DNA from: Pirellulales bacterium
GTDB taxonomy: Bacteria > Planctomycetota > Planctomycetia > Pirellulales > JACPPG01
DNA length: 64,000 nucleotides
Assembly: GCA_035546535.1 (NCBI GenBank)
Contig: DASZWQ010000111.1
Coordinates: forward strand, 16,357 to 80,356
Direction: 5' to 3'
Under the pieces are notes generated by a model. It did no database searches. It worked only from the letters and a program-made list of their open reading frames with translations, and was not told where the DNA came from. Positions 26,906-37,460 of this stretch are shown here, piece by piece (within the stretch, counting starts at the first letter, position 1; each line of letters starts with the position of its first letter). Made by a program: the position numbers and the translations under genes.

Positions 26906-28438
26906 TCACTTGACGCTCTTCAAGTAGTCGCGGTATTGCGCGTCGAGCTCGTCGTAGTTCGAGCGGCACAATTCGGCCAGCGTGCCAGCACGGTCACGCC
27001 CGCGATAGATGGCCGAAAGATAAGCGATAAGCGCCGCACGGTAGCGCCCTTCGTCGGCGAACATCAAGAAATAGGTCAGGCCGGTGGCCTGGCTATAGAG
27101 GGTCGCGATATTCGGATCGACCTTTAATCGATCCATCGACATCGTCGTCAGCTCGGCAAGTGGCACGTAAAAATCGTTAACCAGCAGACGGTGCTGCGCC
27201 GCGATCAACCGCTCCGCATCGTTGCCGCCGACCAGGTGCCAGCCATGGGCCTCGGTGAGCGATTCCATGAAGCACGCGATCCCCTCGACCACCCAGAAAT
27301 TGCCGTCGCGTCCCATATCACGGACCGCGGGGCGAACTTCATTGAACAGTTGATGCGTGGCCTCGTGATTCAAATTCGTGAGATCCGCTTCATCGACGGC
27401 GTAAAAATAAGCCGTTTTCTTCGCGGCCAGATAGTATCCGGCGCTAACGCCGATGTTCGGTTCTTTGCGCTCGAGCGCCTGCACGTACTCGTCGCGGTCG
27501 CGGAAGTACATCACCCGATGCCGCTGCGGCGTGTTGCTCGTGGCGGCCTGCATACGGAAGCGTCGGACGAGTTGCTCGTCGGTGGCGTAAAAGCTCGCGA
27601 ACAACTGCTGCCACGCGTCGTACAAACGCTCCAGGCGCGTGGCCAGTTGCACGCCCGCCTCGAGACTGTGCGTTGTATGGACGTTGTAGTGCTCCGTGAC
27701 AACATCCCACCCTTTGCTTCCCTTGCGTGAGCCGCCACGGAGACGCTGCTCTTCGTCGGCCTTGATCCAGCCATTGTTGTAATAGCGCTCGCCCGCCTCG
27801 TAGCGGGCAACGTGCGCCGCGGGCAGCCAGCCAAACTTCGCGTGCCACACCTGCCCTTCGCGAGCTTTTGCCACCTCGAAGGGCGTCAGCCAGTCCCCTT
27901 TGTATTTCTCATAGCCCAGGATTTGGCGTGCTTTCTCGTGGTCGGGCTGTTCGCGAATCACTTCGACCAATAGCGGAAACGCATCGGCCGCGTGGCCGTG
28001 ATCGGCTGCCTCGACCGCGAGATCGAAAAGCGCCTTTGCCTGCTCGGCTCGCAACGCGGCAAAACGCTCGCGCCATTCGGCCGACGTCGACGTAAGTGTT
28101 TCGCTCGTGGCATCATCCGGCGCGGGGCGACAGGCCAAAGTGATCCGATTCGGTTCTTCGGCCGGCAGCCAGTCGCGCGCGATCTGTGCTTCGTCAGTTA
28201 GCTGCTGGCCCTCGGCCCAGGCGGCGAGCTCGGCCAGCTTTTCGGCGTAAGAGGCGTGCAGCGCCGCGTGCTGGGCGCTGATCTCTTTTGATTCCCTGCG
28301 CCCCGCGGCTGCCGGCGCAGCGGCGCGCAATGTCGTTAGCGCCACGCCAAGGCCAGGCACAAGCAGAGCGCATACAAGTAAGAGGCGACAGCAGATCGGC
28401 AAGGAAATGATCCGCGGGACGAGGGGAAAGTACCTCAA
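26906..28438 (-). CDS. Secreted DUF1570-like putative zinc metallopeptidase (HExxH)
   Basis: Hydrophobic N-terminus. HEATH motif in LTNLNHEATHQLFNE, with downstream WVVEGIACFME (candidate third-ligand Glu). Confidence 0.65.
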   Translation of the reverse strand: MRYFPLVPRIISLPICCRLLLVCALLVPGLGVALTTLRAAAPAAAGRRESKEISAQHAALHASYAEKLAELAAWAEGQQLTDEAQIARDWLPAEEPNRITLACRPAPDDATSETLTSTSAEWRERFAALRAEQAKALFDLAVEAADHGHAADAFPLLVEVIREQPDHEKARQILGYEKYKGDWLTPFEVAKAREGQVWHAKFGWLPAAHVARYEAGERYYNNGWIKADEEQRLRGGSRKGSKGWDVVTEHYNVHTTHSLEAGVQLATRLERLYDAWQQLFASFYATDEQLVRRFRMQAATSNTPQRHRVMYFRDRDEYVQALERKEPNIGVSAGYYLAAKKTAYFYAVDEADLTNLNHEATHQLFNEVRPAVRDMGRDGNFWVVEGIACFMESLTEAHGWHLVGGNDAERLIAAQHRLLVNDFYVPLAELTTMSMDRLKVDPNIATLYSQATGLTYFLMFADEGRYRAALIAYLSAIYRGRDRAGTLAELCRSNYDELDAQYRDYLKSVK

Positions 28439-28508
28439 TCCAGTCTATCACGCGGTCGCAATCAAAACGTCGGGTACAAGACGGCTTCCGCCTCCGCACA
28501 CTCGGCGG

Positions 28509-29507
28509 CTATTTCTCGGCAAAAGCCGCGTCGAACGCCACCTGGCTGGGCGTGAAATCGAGCCGCTTGACGAACTCGGCGGCCTCGCGGGCCCCTGCTT
28601 CGCGGTCCATGCCCACATCTTCCCATTCGACCGATAGCGGGCCGGCGTAGCCGATCTGGTTCAGGGCGCGAATGATCTCTTCGAAATTCACGCCGCCGCG
28701 CCCCGGCGAACGAAAATCCCAGCCGCGGCGCGGATCGCCGAAATTCAGGTGGCTCGACAGAATGCCCGAGCGCCCGTTGAGCGTGACGATCGCGTCCTTG
28801 ACGTGTACGTGATAGATGCGGTCGGAACAGGCGCGCAGGAACTCGACCGGGTCGACGCCTTGCCACAAGAGATGGCTGGGATCGAAATTGAAGCCGAACT
28901 CCTCGCGCCGGTCGATGGCCGCGAGCGTTCGCTCGGCGCTATAGAGGTCGAACGCGATTTCCGTCGGATGTACTTCCAGGGCGAACCGCACGCCGCAATC
29001 GCCGAAGACATCGAGGATCGGGTTGAATCGCTCGGCAAACAACTGATAGCCGGCGTCGATCATTTCCTGCGGCACTGGCGGAAAGCTGTACAAGAGCGGC
29101 CAGATGCTCGAGCCGGTGAAGCCGTTTACGACTTCCACACCCAGCTTTTGCGCGGCGCGCGCCGTGTTCTTCACTTCTTCGGCCGCTCGCGCATTGACGC
29201 CGGCTGGCTTGCCGTCGCCCCACACATGCGCGGGCAGGATGGCCTTGTGCCGGATGTCGATCACATCGAGCACGGCCTGTCCGACCAGGTGCGTGCTGAT
29301 GGCGTGCAGTTGCAGGTCGTACCGTTCCAAAAGGTCGCGGCGGCCGACGCAATAACTGTCGTCCGACAGGGCCTTGTCGACGTCGAAATGGTCCCCCCAG
29401 CAGGCAAGTTCCAAGCCCTGATAGCCGAATTCGCTGGCCTTTCGGGCCAGGTCCTCGAGCGGCAAATCGGCCCATTGACCGGTAAAGAGCGTGACGGGCC
29501 TGGCCAT
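28509..29507 (-). CDS. Sugar phosphate isomerase/epimerase (xylose isomerase-like TIM barrel)
   Basis: ORF to 29576; ATG at 29507 ([42 protein letters not shown]). [24 protein letters not shown] and HVHVKD are typical of the AP-endonuclease-2/xylose-isomerase-like fold. Confidence 0.85.
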   Translation of the reverse strand: MARPVTLFTGQWADLPLEDLARKASEFGYQGLELACWGDHFDVDKALSDDSYCVGRRDLLERYDLQLHAISTHLVGQAVLDVIDIRHKAILPAHVWGDGKPAGVNARAAEEVKNTARAAQKLGVEVVNGFTGSSIWPLLYSFPPVPQEMIDAGYQLFAERFNPILDVFGDCGVRFALEVHPTEIAFDLYSAERTLAAIDRREEFGFNFDPSHLLWQGVDPVEFLRACSDRIYHVHVKDAIVTLNGRSGILSSHLNFGDPRRGWDFRSPGRGGVNFEEIIRALNQIGYAGPLSVEWEDVGMDREAGAREAAEFVKRLDFTPSQVAFDAAFAEK

Positions 29508-29919
29508 GCCAAAGAGCCTCCTATGCTGGGAACGGCCGAAAAAGGGGCCACTGCGGCACGACATCGGCCGCGGCAACTGCGGTCGATTCTCGCAGATCGG
29601 CCGCGCTTGGCAACAGAGACCGATTACGGCAACACCCGTGACGCCGGCCGGGGTTTAATCATGCCGACAGGATGGGGGAAGGCGGGGTCGCCGCGCGCCT
29701 GACGCGCCCCTGGGCTGACATTTACCCAGCTTGCGCATGCGGTTAGAGTTAACGTTTGCGATCCCGTCCTCCGCCTCGCATCGCACCGCCTGAAACCGCT
29801 CTCGCCGCACCCTGGTATACGTGCGTGGACGGGCTTCGCCCCTGCGGCCCGACGGGCCAGATTCAGCGACAGTATCCGCAATTACCCGATCTATTCAATC
29901 TTCGTAAGGGTCATGTTCC

Positions 29920-32052
29920 ATGAAGCGCTTCTCCGCAGCACCTTCTGTCCTGGGGATTATGGTCCTGATGATGGCGCTCCTGATGGTAGCCAACGAAACG
30001 GCGAGCGCTGCGACCAAATCGAGCGCCAAGCCGGGCGCGAAGGTCGAGAACTTCACGCTCGCGGACTATCGTGGCACCGAGCATTCATTTGCGGATCTGG
30101 CCGGCAAGCGGGCGACAGTCGTTGCGTTTCTGGGGACCGAGTGCCCGTTGGCCAAAAGCTACGGTCCGCGTCTGGCCGAATTGGCGGCCAAGTACGGAAG
30201 CGAGGGAGTGGCGTTCATTGGTATCGACCCCAACCGGCAGGATTCGCTGGCCGAGATCGCGGCCTATGCTCGCACCTCGAATATCGAGTTCCCGATCCTC
30301 AAGGATTTGAATAACAAGGTGGCCGACGCCATCGGTGCCACCCGCACGCCGGAAGTCTTCGTGCTCGACAAGAATCACGTGGTGCGTTACTCGGGCCGGA
30401 TTGATGATCGGTACGGCGTCGGTTACGTGCGCGACAAGATCGATAACGATTATGTAGCGACGGCGCTCGACGCGGTGCTGGCCGATAAAGCGGTGAAAAC
30501 GGCGCACGTCGATGCAACCGGCTGCTTGATCGGCCGCATGCACGACGTCGACAAAAACTCGGAGATCACCTACTCGAAGCAAGTCGCGCGAATCTTCCAG
30601 GATCATTGTGTGAGCTGCCATCGGCCGGGCGAGATCGGACCTTTCGCCATGACCGATTACGAAGAAGTGGCCGGCTGGGCCGACATGATCGCCGAAGTGG
30701 TGCGCGAGCGCCGCATGCCGCCCTGGCACGCCGACCCCAAGGTTGGACATTTCCGCAACGACATCAGCTTGTCGGACGCGGATAAGGAAACGATCTTCAA
30801 ATGGGTCGCTGCCGGAGCTCCGGAAGGCGACCGCGCCGACCTGCCCGAGCCGCGCGAATATGCTCAAGGCTGGACGCTACAGCGCGAGCCCGACCTGGTC
30901 GTCGATATCCAGGCCGAGCCGTACACGGTGCCGGCCGACGGCGTCGTGGAATATCAGTACTTCACCGTCGACCCCGGCTTCAAGGAAGACAAGTGGATTA
31001 AGGCCAGCCAGGTCATTCCGGGTAGCGCTCCGGTCGTGCATCACGTATTGTGCTTCGTGCAGGCGCCTGGACGCGACCGCGGCAGCTTCGATGAAAACGG
31101 CCTGGGCTTTTTAGCCGCGTATGTGCCGGGCTATCGGGCCACGCCGTTCCCGGACGGCATGGCCAAGCACGTCCCGGCGGGTTCGAAGCTGGTGTTCCAG
31201 ATGCACTACACGCCGGTCGGCAAAGAGCAGCATGATCTGTCGAAGATCGGCTTCATCTTCGCCAAGCCCGAAGAGCTGACGCACATGGTGCAGACGGTTT
31301 CGACCGGCAACCGCGGCATCAACATTCCGCCGCACGCCGAGGATTACTCGCGCGAAGCCACGATGACGCCGTACAAGCACGACCTGACCGTGCTGTCGTA
31401 CTCGCCGCACATGCACGTGCGCGGGAAGGCGTTCTCGTACGAAGCGATCTATCCCGACGGCAAGCGCGAGATGCTGCTCGATATCCCCCGCTACGATTTC
31501 AACTGGCAAACCAGCTACGAGCTGGCCGAGGCCAAGACGCTGCCGCCGGGCACACGCATTCATTGCGTGGCCCATTGGGATAATTCGGACAACAACCTGG
31601 CCAATCCCGATCCTTCGGCGCGCGTGAACTGGGGCGATCAGACGTTCGAAGAAATGATGATCGGGTTCTTCGACGTAGCGATTCCGCTTGATCGTGAGAA
31701 GCTGTTGGCCGACGGCACGATTCCCAAGCTCGAGCCGGCCGCGTCGGTCGAAGACCGTGCCAAGGAACTGGTCAGCCAGCTCGACGGCAACGGCGACGGC
31801 AAGCTGACGAAGGACGAGGTGCCCGAGCGCTTCCAATTGATGTTCGGCTTGCTCGACGCGGATCACGACGGCTTTGTCGACGCCGACGAGGCGCTCAAGT
31901 TCGTGAAGGCCAACGGCGGCCGGCGACCGGGCGGATTCGGCGGCGGCGGACGCGGACGGGGCCAGCGCGGTGGCGACCGCAGCGAGCGCATGCACCGTGG
32001 CGGCGGCGAGCGCAAACCGGCCGCGGAAAACGCCGACCCGGCCGGAAGTTAG
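29920..32052 (+). CDS. Secreted multidomain oxidoreductase: redoxin/AhpC-TSA-like + CxxCH cytochrome c motif + PHM/DBH-like copper monooxygenase + two EF-hands
   Basis: Signal peptide. Redoxin-like VVAFLGTECPLAKSY...TPEVFVLD. Heme motif CVSCH (aa 230-234) with RRMPPWHADP. Cu-ligand pattern VVHHVLCF (374-375), QMHY (429), HMH (497-499), EEMM (579-580). EF loops DGNGDGKLTKDE and DADHDGFVDADE. Confidence 0.8.
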   Translation: MKRFSAAPSVLGIMVLMMALLMVANETASAATKSSAKPGAKVENFTLADYRGTEHSFADLAGKRATVVAFLGTECPLAKSYGPRLAELAAKYGSEGVAFIGIDPNRQDSLAEIAAYARTSNIEFPILKDLNNKVADAIGATRTPEVFVLDKNHVVRYSGRIDDRYGVGYVRDKIDNDYVATALDAVLADKAVKTAHVDATGCLIGRMHDVDKNSEITYSKQVARIFQDHCVSCHRPGEIGPFAMTDYEEVAGWADMIAEVVRERRMPPWHADPKVGHFRNDISLSDADKETIFKWVAAGAPEGDRADLPEPREYAQGWTLQREPDLVVDIQAEPYTVPADGVVEYQYFTVDPGFKEDKWIKASQVIPGSAPVVHHVLCFVQAPGRDRGSFDENGLGFLAAYVPGYRATPFPDGMAKHVPAGSKLVFQMHYTPVGKEQHDLSKIGFIFAKPEELTHMVQTVSTGNRGINIPPHAEDYSREATMTPYKHDLTVLSYSPHMHVRGKAFSYEAIYPDGKREMLLDIPRYDFNWQTSYELAEAKTLPPGTRIHCVAHWDNSDNNLANPDPSARVNWGDQTFEEMMIGFFDVAIPLDREKLLADGTIPKLEPAASVEDRAKELVSQLDGNGDGKLTKDEVPERFQLMFGLLDADHDGFVDADEALKFVKANGGRRPGGFGGGGRGRGQRGGDRSERMHRGGGERKPAAENADPAGS

Positions 32053-32298
32053 TCGACCCGTCAAGTTCCCGAATCACTGAGAATTCCGTGCCCTGCTTTT
32101 CCGCCGCAGGCGGGTAAGCAAGTATAGCAAGCGCGACAGGTGTTCTAGCTAAGGGCGCGCTTGCTGCGTGCGCCGGCGCCCTTGTATTTTAGGCACGAGG
32201 CAAGGGCAGAGGTTTGCCAGAGGCCGGGAGGGACGACGTCCGTGAACGCCCCTGATTCGTAACAAACATTTAATCGCCGGGCTTGCCTGAGCGCCGCC

Positions 32299-32538
32299 AT
32301 GCGAATCTCAAGCGATGACAAGAACGTCCAGATTGCCGCTCTCGGAGCGCTGCTCGGATTAATAGGGCTGATAGCCGGCTCGCTTGCTGGCCCAGCCATC
32401 GCCCATCGTCCCGAAGTGCCTTCCGCCTGCGGCCTCTGGGTGATCGGACCCATGATGGGAGGGGCGTGCCTAGGCGCCGTTATAGGGTCCACGATGGGCG
32501 CGGCCATCGGCTGGTTAGTGCCGCCGCCCAAGCCATGA
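32299..32538 (+). CDS. Small glycine-zipper membrane protein, hypothetical
   Basis: 79 aa with two Gly/Ala-rich hydrophobic segments. Preceded by the dispersed cgccgggcttgcctg motif. No clear RBS. Confidence 0.35.
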   Translation: MRISSDDKNVQIAALGALLGLIGLIAGSLAGPAIAHRPEVPSACGLWVIGPMMGGACLGAVIGSTMGAAIGWLVPPPKP

Positions 32539-32613
32539 ATGTCGCTGAGAGCGGATCCATCGTGGCATCAACGTGGTATCCGCCCGCCGTTTGCTGCGCC
32601 AAATAAACAGACT

Positions 32614-33393
32614 CTAATTCTCGGACGGTTCCGTACGAGTTTCCTGGACGAGTCTCGCGAACTCTGCAAGATCGACCGCGTTGAGGTCGGAGACGGCCCA
32701 ATACTGCAGTCCCCCTTGCGTCCAATGGACAAGATGAAAGCCATTTTGCTCGGACTGCTTTAACTCGGTACTGTCATGGCCTCTGTCGCCGGTCGGCCAA
32801 CAGAAAAGATTGATAACATGCTTCCGCCGCCCATAAACTAGCGCCGCGACGGGCCGATGATCGATGAAGTCCAACCTTCCACCAATCAGGGGAAAGCCGC
32901 GCGCGGCAAGATCGTTGACGACCGGCGCGTAGTCGAGCTTTCCATTGAACCACGGTTTTACTTCGTGTCGATCCGTCGAAGCCACGTCCGACAAATGATC
33001 GACCAGTAGCGAACGGACGTGGCTGTCTACGACCTCATCGACCACGGCCACCTGGGTATCCCTTCGCCATCGACGATCGATTATGCCGATGACCGACAGC
33101 AGGACCACGGCCGCCGCGGCCAGCGCCATCAGCCGGCGCGGCTGTTGCCACCACACGATGCGTGGTGAATCGGTGTGGTGCAGCTGGCTTCGCACCCTCT
33201 GCCGGAGAGAAACGGGCGCCCGGTAGGCAAGCTCGCTACGATCGACAAGCCGTCTCAGGGATTGCATTTGTTCGTGCGCGGCACCGCATGCGCGGCAGCT
33301 TTGCAAATGCGATTTGATCTCGACGTTGTGGACCGCGTCCAGCTCGCCGTCGAGATAGGCGTGCAACAGCTGCGATGCTTGTTGACAGTCCAC
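32614..33393 (-). CDS. Transmembrane anti-sigma factor (zf-HC2 type)
   Basis: GTG at 33393, 1 nt after the sigma-gene stop (TAA 33397..33395), gives (M)DCQQASQLLHAYLDGELD...HLQSCRACG, the zf-HC2 signature. Central TM helix LMALAAAAVVLLSVIGII. The ORF track start at 33456 overlaps the sigma gene. Confidence 0.8.
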   Translation of the reverse strand: MDCQQASQLLHAYLDGELDAVHNVEIKSHLQSCRACGAAHEQMQSLRRLVDRSELAYRAPVSLRQRVRSQLHHTDSPRIVWWQQPRRLMALAAAAVVLLSVIGIIDRRWRRDTQVAVVDEVVDSHVRSLLVDHLSDVASTDRHEVKPWFNGKLDYAPVVNDLAARGFPLIGGRLDFIDHRPVAALVYGRRKHVINLFCWPTGDRGHDSTELKQSEQNGFHLVHWTQGGLQYWAVSDLNAVDLAEFARLVQETRTEPSEN

Positions 33394-33394
33394 A

Positions 33395-33919
33395 TTACAC
33401 CTCGTTGGCGAGCCGTCGAGCGAGACATTGCTGCAGCCTCTGACGGGCCCGAGCAAGACGTGACATCACGGTGCCCGGCGGGATACCGGCAATGTCGGCG
33501 ATCTCGTTGTACGTCGCTCCTTCGACCTCGCGTAGCACGAAGACTTCGCGAAACTCTATCGGTAATTCCTCGATGGCTTGTCGCACCATCTCTCGATTGG
33601 CGCTAGCGATCAGCGCCGCGTCGGGTTCCGAACCGTGCAACCCGACGCTGTGTACTTTTTCGTCAAAGGCGGTCGTACACTCCGCCGGACGATTCGCTTG
33701 CAACCATGTGAAACACGTATTGCGAACGATCGTTAGCAGCCAGGCACGGCAATTAGCGCCCCGCATGGTGTCGTAAAACCGATAGGCGCGCAGCAGCGCT
33801 TCTTGCGAGACATCCTCGGCGTCCGCCTCATTGCGCGTCATCCACCGCGCCAAGTTGTAGGCCGCATCGAGATGTGGCAAGACCGCCGTTTCAAAGCTGG
33901 CCAGCCTGCTGTCGCTCAA
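33395..33919 (-). CDS. ECF-type RNA polymerase sigma factor
   Basis: Region 2 is AEDVSQEALLRAYRFYD...CRAWLLTIVRNTCFTWL. Region 4 is ATYNEIADIAGIPPGTVMSRLARARQRLQ. Cotranscribed with the anti-sigma gene. Confidence 0.9.
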   Translation of the reverse strand: MSDSRLASFETAVLPHLDAAYNLARWMTRNEADAEDVSQEALLRAYRFYDTMRGANCRAWLLTIVRNTCFTWLQANRPAECTTAFDEKVHSVGLHGSEPDAALIASANREMVRQAIEELPIEFREVFVLREVEGATYNEIADIAGIPPGTVMSRLARARQRLQQCLARRLANEV

Positions 33920-34154
33920 GCGATTCGCTGTTCCTCCTGGTTGCCGGTCCTCTTGGTTCGCAACCCTCTTGGTCGGCGCGTGGCCCCGAATTCCCAGACT
34001 GGGATATCGGGCAGTTTATTCCCGCAAAGTTTCGCAAATATTTGCGGGAATTTTGCCCCGCTCGGGCCAGTCAACTCCAGGCAACGCCCGTGCGACTCAA
34101 GTTTACGTCGGCAGGCCGGTTTGTTGAAATTCTCGCCATTTTTGGAGACACACG

Positions 34155-35111
34155 ATGACTTACGAAACCAAACTTCGAGGTGCAAACGATAGTGTCGATC
34201 GCCGAGGGTTTCTGGAGTGCATGGCCTGGGCCGGCACCGGCCTGGTCTGGACATTATCCGGCGGGATGCCGGCGGCGCGAGCCTTGGGACAGGAGGTCCC
34301 TCGGCCCGGCGCTAGCCCCTTCTCCTTCGTCCAGATCAGCGATAGCCACATCGGTTTCGGCAAGGAACCGAATAAGGACGTCGTCGGCACGCTGCAAATC
34401 GCGATCGATCGAATCAACGCTTTGCCACAGGCTCCCGCTTTTGTCTTGCACACGGGCGATCTCACGCACCTTGCCAAGCCCGACGAGTTCGATACGGTCG
34501 CCGAGATTCTCAAGGGAGTGAAATCGCGCGTCCTCTACGTGCCCGGCGAACACGACTTCGACGCCGAGGACAACAAACTCTATCTACAGCGATTCGGCAA
34601 GGGGACGCAGGGCACCGGCTGGTACAGCTTCGATTATCAGGGAGTTCACTTCGTGGGACTGGTAAACGTCGCCAATGCGAAGTCAGGTAGCGCGGCTGGT
34701 CTGGGCCAGATCGGCCCTGAGCAACTGGAGTGGCTCCGGAAGGATTTGGCTCGTTTATCGCCAAGCGCGGCTGTCGTGGTCTTCGCGCACGTTCCGCTGT
34801 GGACCGTCTACGAAAAATGGGGCTGGGGCACGAAGGACGCCGAACAAGCGCTCGCACTGCTCAGACGGTTTGCCTCGGTCACGGTCCTCAACGGGCATAT
34901 TCACCAGGTCCTGCAAAAGGTCGAAGGCAAGCTCCTCTTCCACACCGCCCGTTCGACCGCTTTTCCGCAGTCGGAGCCGGGCAAGGGAACTCCGGGACCG
35001 ATGCGTGACCTGCCCGCCGGTCGGCTGCGCGACGTGCTCGGGGTGACCACGGTGCGCTACGCCACGAACGACGGAACGCTCGCGATCGCCGATCCCACGC
35101 TCGCCTCGTGA
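34155..35111 (+). CDS. Tat-exported metallophosphoesterase (calcineurin-like)
   Basis: Twin-arginine leader DRRGFLECMAWAGTG. Phosphoesterase motifs FVQISDSHIG, HTGDLTH, GEHD, FAHVP, LNGHIH. GGAGAC precedes the ATG. Confidence 0.85.
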   Translation: MTYETKLRGANDSVDRRGFLECMAWAGTGLVWTLSGGMPAARALGQEVPRPGASPFSFVQISDSHIGFGKEPNKDVVGTLQIAIDRINALPQAPAFVLHTGDLTHLAKPDEFDTVAEILKGVKSRVLYVPGEHDFDAEDNKLYLQRFGKGTQGTGWYSFDYQGVHFVGLVNVANAKSGSAAGLGQIGPEQLEWLRKDLARLSPSAAVVVFAHVPLWTVYEKWGWGTKDAEQALALLRRFASVTVLNGHIHQVLQKVEGKLLFHTARSTAFPQSEPGKGTPGPMRDLPAGRLRDVLGVTTVRYATNDGTLAIADPTLAS

Positions 35112-35189
35112 CCGCAAGCCGATTCGTAACCATCGCGCGAAATTGAAAACAGCCGCCTCGCGCGTCCCGCGCAAAAAAGGAAAAGAAGA

Positions 35190-35717
35190 ATGGCTCGCCT
35201 TCTACAAATCGCGTCTTTCCTGGTCATGCTGCTTCACGGCTACTGTCGGGCAGGCTCGCCCAATGTTCCCGACGTGCGCGAGATCGCATCGGCCGCACGC
35301 GCCGTTTTCACGGCCCGTTGCAACGAGTGTCACGGCGCTCACTTACCGCAGCCCGAGGGTCGCTTCGGATATGTAACCGACCTGGCGCGGGTCGCTTCCA
35401 ATCCCGAAATGGTCATTCGTTCGTCGCCCGAGGAATCCGAGCTCTGGGAACTGATTCGCCGGGAAGAGATGCCGCCGGCCGATGCGTCGGCAGGGTCGCT
35501 GTCCGAGCAAGAGAAAGCGATCCTTCACGCCTGGATCGCCGCCGGGGCGCCAGCAGGCACAGAGAAGTCGGCAAAATCGCCGGAGTTTTCGAATATTCAA
35601 CCCGCCACGCGTCGGATGCGCTCAGCTCGTGCGCCTTCGGCGGTTGCCGCTGGAAGCTGGCGTCCGAAGGAAGGTGAACGTTGCAGCGCGGAGCATCGGC
35701 GCTCTCGGGGCCGCTAG
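35190..35717 (+). CDS. Planctomycete-type cytochrome c domain protein
   Basis: Signal-like N-terminus. CNECH heme motif followed by EMPP and LSEQEKAILHAWIAAGAP, as in PSCyt-type domains. The C-terminal 50 aa are basic and low complexity. Confidence 0.7.
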   Translation: MARLLQIASFLVMLLHGYCRAGSPNVPDVREIASAARAVFTARCNECHGAHLPQPEGRFGYVTDLARVASNPEMVIRSSPEESELWELIRREEMPPADASAGSLSEQEKAILHAWIAAGAPAGTEKSAKSPEFSNIQPATRRMRSARAPSAVAAGSWRPKEGERCSAEHRRSRGR

Positions 35718-35720
35718 CCA

Positions 35721-37460
35721 TCATTTCTTTGCCGCAAGCGCCTCGGCTTCTTGGGGCGTCATCAGCCCGTCGTTATCCGCGTCGAGCTTTTGAAATTGTT
35801 CTCGGGTGCCGAGGAACTCGCGCCGTGAGAGGTCGCCATCGCGGTTACGATCCATGCGTTGGAACCATACCGGCCCTTTGCCGGAGAGTTGTTCCTGGTT
35901 GCCGTTACCGGAGGCGACGAAGGTCACGACGCCGTTTACGTTCCCGGAGGGGCCGCCCGGCGCCAGCACGATCTGGTAGCGGCGCGGAACGTCGTCGTGC
36001 TTGATCTTGCCGTCGGCATCGCGGTCCCAGGCCGACGCCGTGCGCGCAAGCTCTCGCAACTCGCGCAGCGATAAGTATGAGTTGCGGTTGCCGTCGAGAA
36101 TCTCGAACAGCGTGCTACCGCGATCCGTGAACCCGGCATTGACCCGCTTGGCCGAGATTTCGTTTTGCCGCCTGAGGTAGTCGACATATTCTTCGACGAA
36201 GATCTTGCCGTCGCGGTCCTTGTCGATCTTCGCAAAGTCGTTCCGCTGTGCTGTCCGTCGCAGCTCCTGCTTGTCGAGGTAATCGTTGTTATCTTGATCG
36301 AGGTTCTTGAACTGCTGCCGTACGCGCTTCTCAGTATTCTTCGGATCGGCAGCTCCCGCGCCGGAGAGCTCCAATTCGAACGAGATGCCGCGCACGAAGA
36401 TCGCCCCGCTCTTATCAAGGTCGACGCGCAATTGCCGGTTGGGATCGTTCAACTGATTGACGATTTGCAGGCGCCGGCCCTTAACTTCAGGATCGAGGTC
36501 GGCCGCCAGCTCGACGTCGGGCCGCTGCGCGATATACCAGGCCTGCAACTCCGCCTGGTCGAGCTTGCCGCTGGCATCCTTGTCGGCCGCGGCAAATTCC
36601 TCCTGAGCCAGTTGCAGTTCCTCGCGAGTCAGCAGCCGGTCTTTTTGCTCGCCCGTCGGCGCGCTGTCGTAGCGCGCTACGATCGCATCGCAAATCTCGG
36701 CCGGCGGCTGGTCGGGGACGGGCGCCAGTAATAACGTGCCCGGAACACCGCCAGGGGTCGGCGCTGCGAACACCTGGTTGCCGAACGGGTTGCCGTCGGC
36801 GCGCAGCTCGAACTCGGAATACGTCTCGTCTTCGTCGCGGTCGAAGCGTTGCAGGCGATCGAGGCCGGCCGTCATTTCCGTGGCGTCGAGCAACTGGTCA
36901 TTATCGTGATCGAGAATGGCAAACAGCGGATCATCTCCCGCCGCCGGCTGACGTTGTCCGTTGCGCCCCGTACCGAAACAGGATTGCGCGAGATGTTCAA
37001 CCAGCTCGTCGAACGAGATGGCGTCGTCCTGCGGATTCGTATCCAGGTCGAGAAACGTCAATATCTCGAATCGTGAATCGCCGCGGCGCGTGCGCCGCTC
37101 GTTGAAGGCGGTCCAGTCCGCGGTTTGAAACTCGGCATCGTCGATGCCGCCACTGGCATCGGCGTCCAACTCTTGAAATCGTTCCCACAGGTAGTCGCCC
37201 CAGGTCGACTGGTAGCCTTGCCCGCCCAGCCGCAAGTGCAAGCGGAGAAAGACCGGCCGGCCGGCATTCAACAGGACGAGATCTTGCAGATCACTATTGT
37301 CCGCGGCGATGGCGATTGCTTCGGCGGAAGATTCCGCGGGCTTAGCATCGTCGGCGCGCACACTCGCGGCGGGCACGGCACAGGCCGCGCCGCAAACGAG
37401 CAATCGCACCCAGTATCTAAACCGTTTCCGAGACAAAGTCGCTGTTCTCATACCAGGCAC
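35721..37460 (-). CDS. Secreted multi-EF-hand calcium-binding protein
   Basis: Signal peptide LLVCGAACAVPAASVRA. Repeated EF loops: DADASGGIDDAEF, DKDASGKLDQAEL, DQDNNDYLDKQEL, DKDRDGKIFVEE, DRDADGKIKHDD, DRNRDGDLSRREF, DADNDGLMTPQE. Confidence 0.8.
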   Translation of the reverse strand: MPGMRTATLSRKRFRYWVRLLVCGAACAVPAASVRADDAKPAESSAEAIAIAADNSDLQDLVLLNAGRPVFLRLHLRLGGQGYQSTWGDYLWERFQELDADASGGIDDAEFQTADWTAFNERRTRRGDSRFEILTFLDLDTNPQDDAISFDELVEHLAQSCFGTGRNGQRQPAAGDDPLFAILDHDNDQLLDATEMTAGLDRLQRFDRDEDETYSEFELRADGNPFGNQVFAAPTPGGVPGTLLLAPVPDQPPAEICDAIVARYDSAPTGEQKDRLLTREELQLAQEEFAAADKDASGKLDQAELQAWYIAQRPDVELAADLDPEVKGRRLQIVNQLNDPNRQLRVDLDKSGAIFVRGISFELELSGAGAADPKNTEKRVRQQFKNLDQDNNDYLDKQELRRTAQRNDFAKIDKDRDGKIFVEEYVDYLRRQNEISAKRVNAGFTDRGSTLFEILDGNRNSYLSLRELRELARTASAWDRDADGKIKHDDVPRRYQIVLAPGGPSGNVNGVVTFVASGNGNQEQLSGKGPVWFQRMDRNRDGDLSRREFLGTREQFQKLDADNDGLMTPQEAEALAAKK

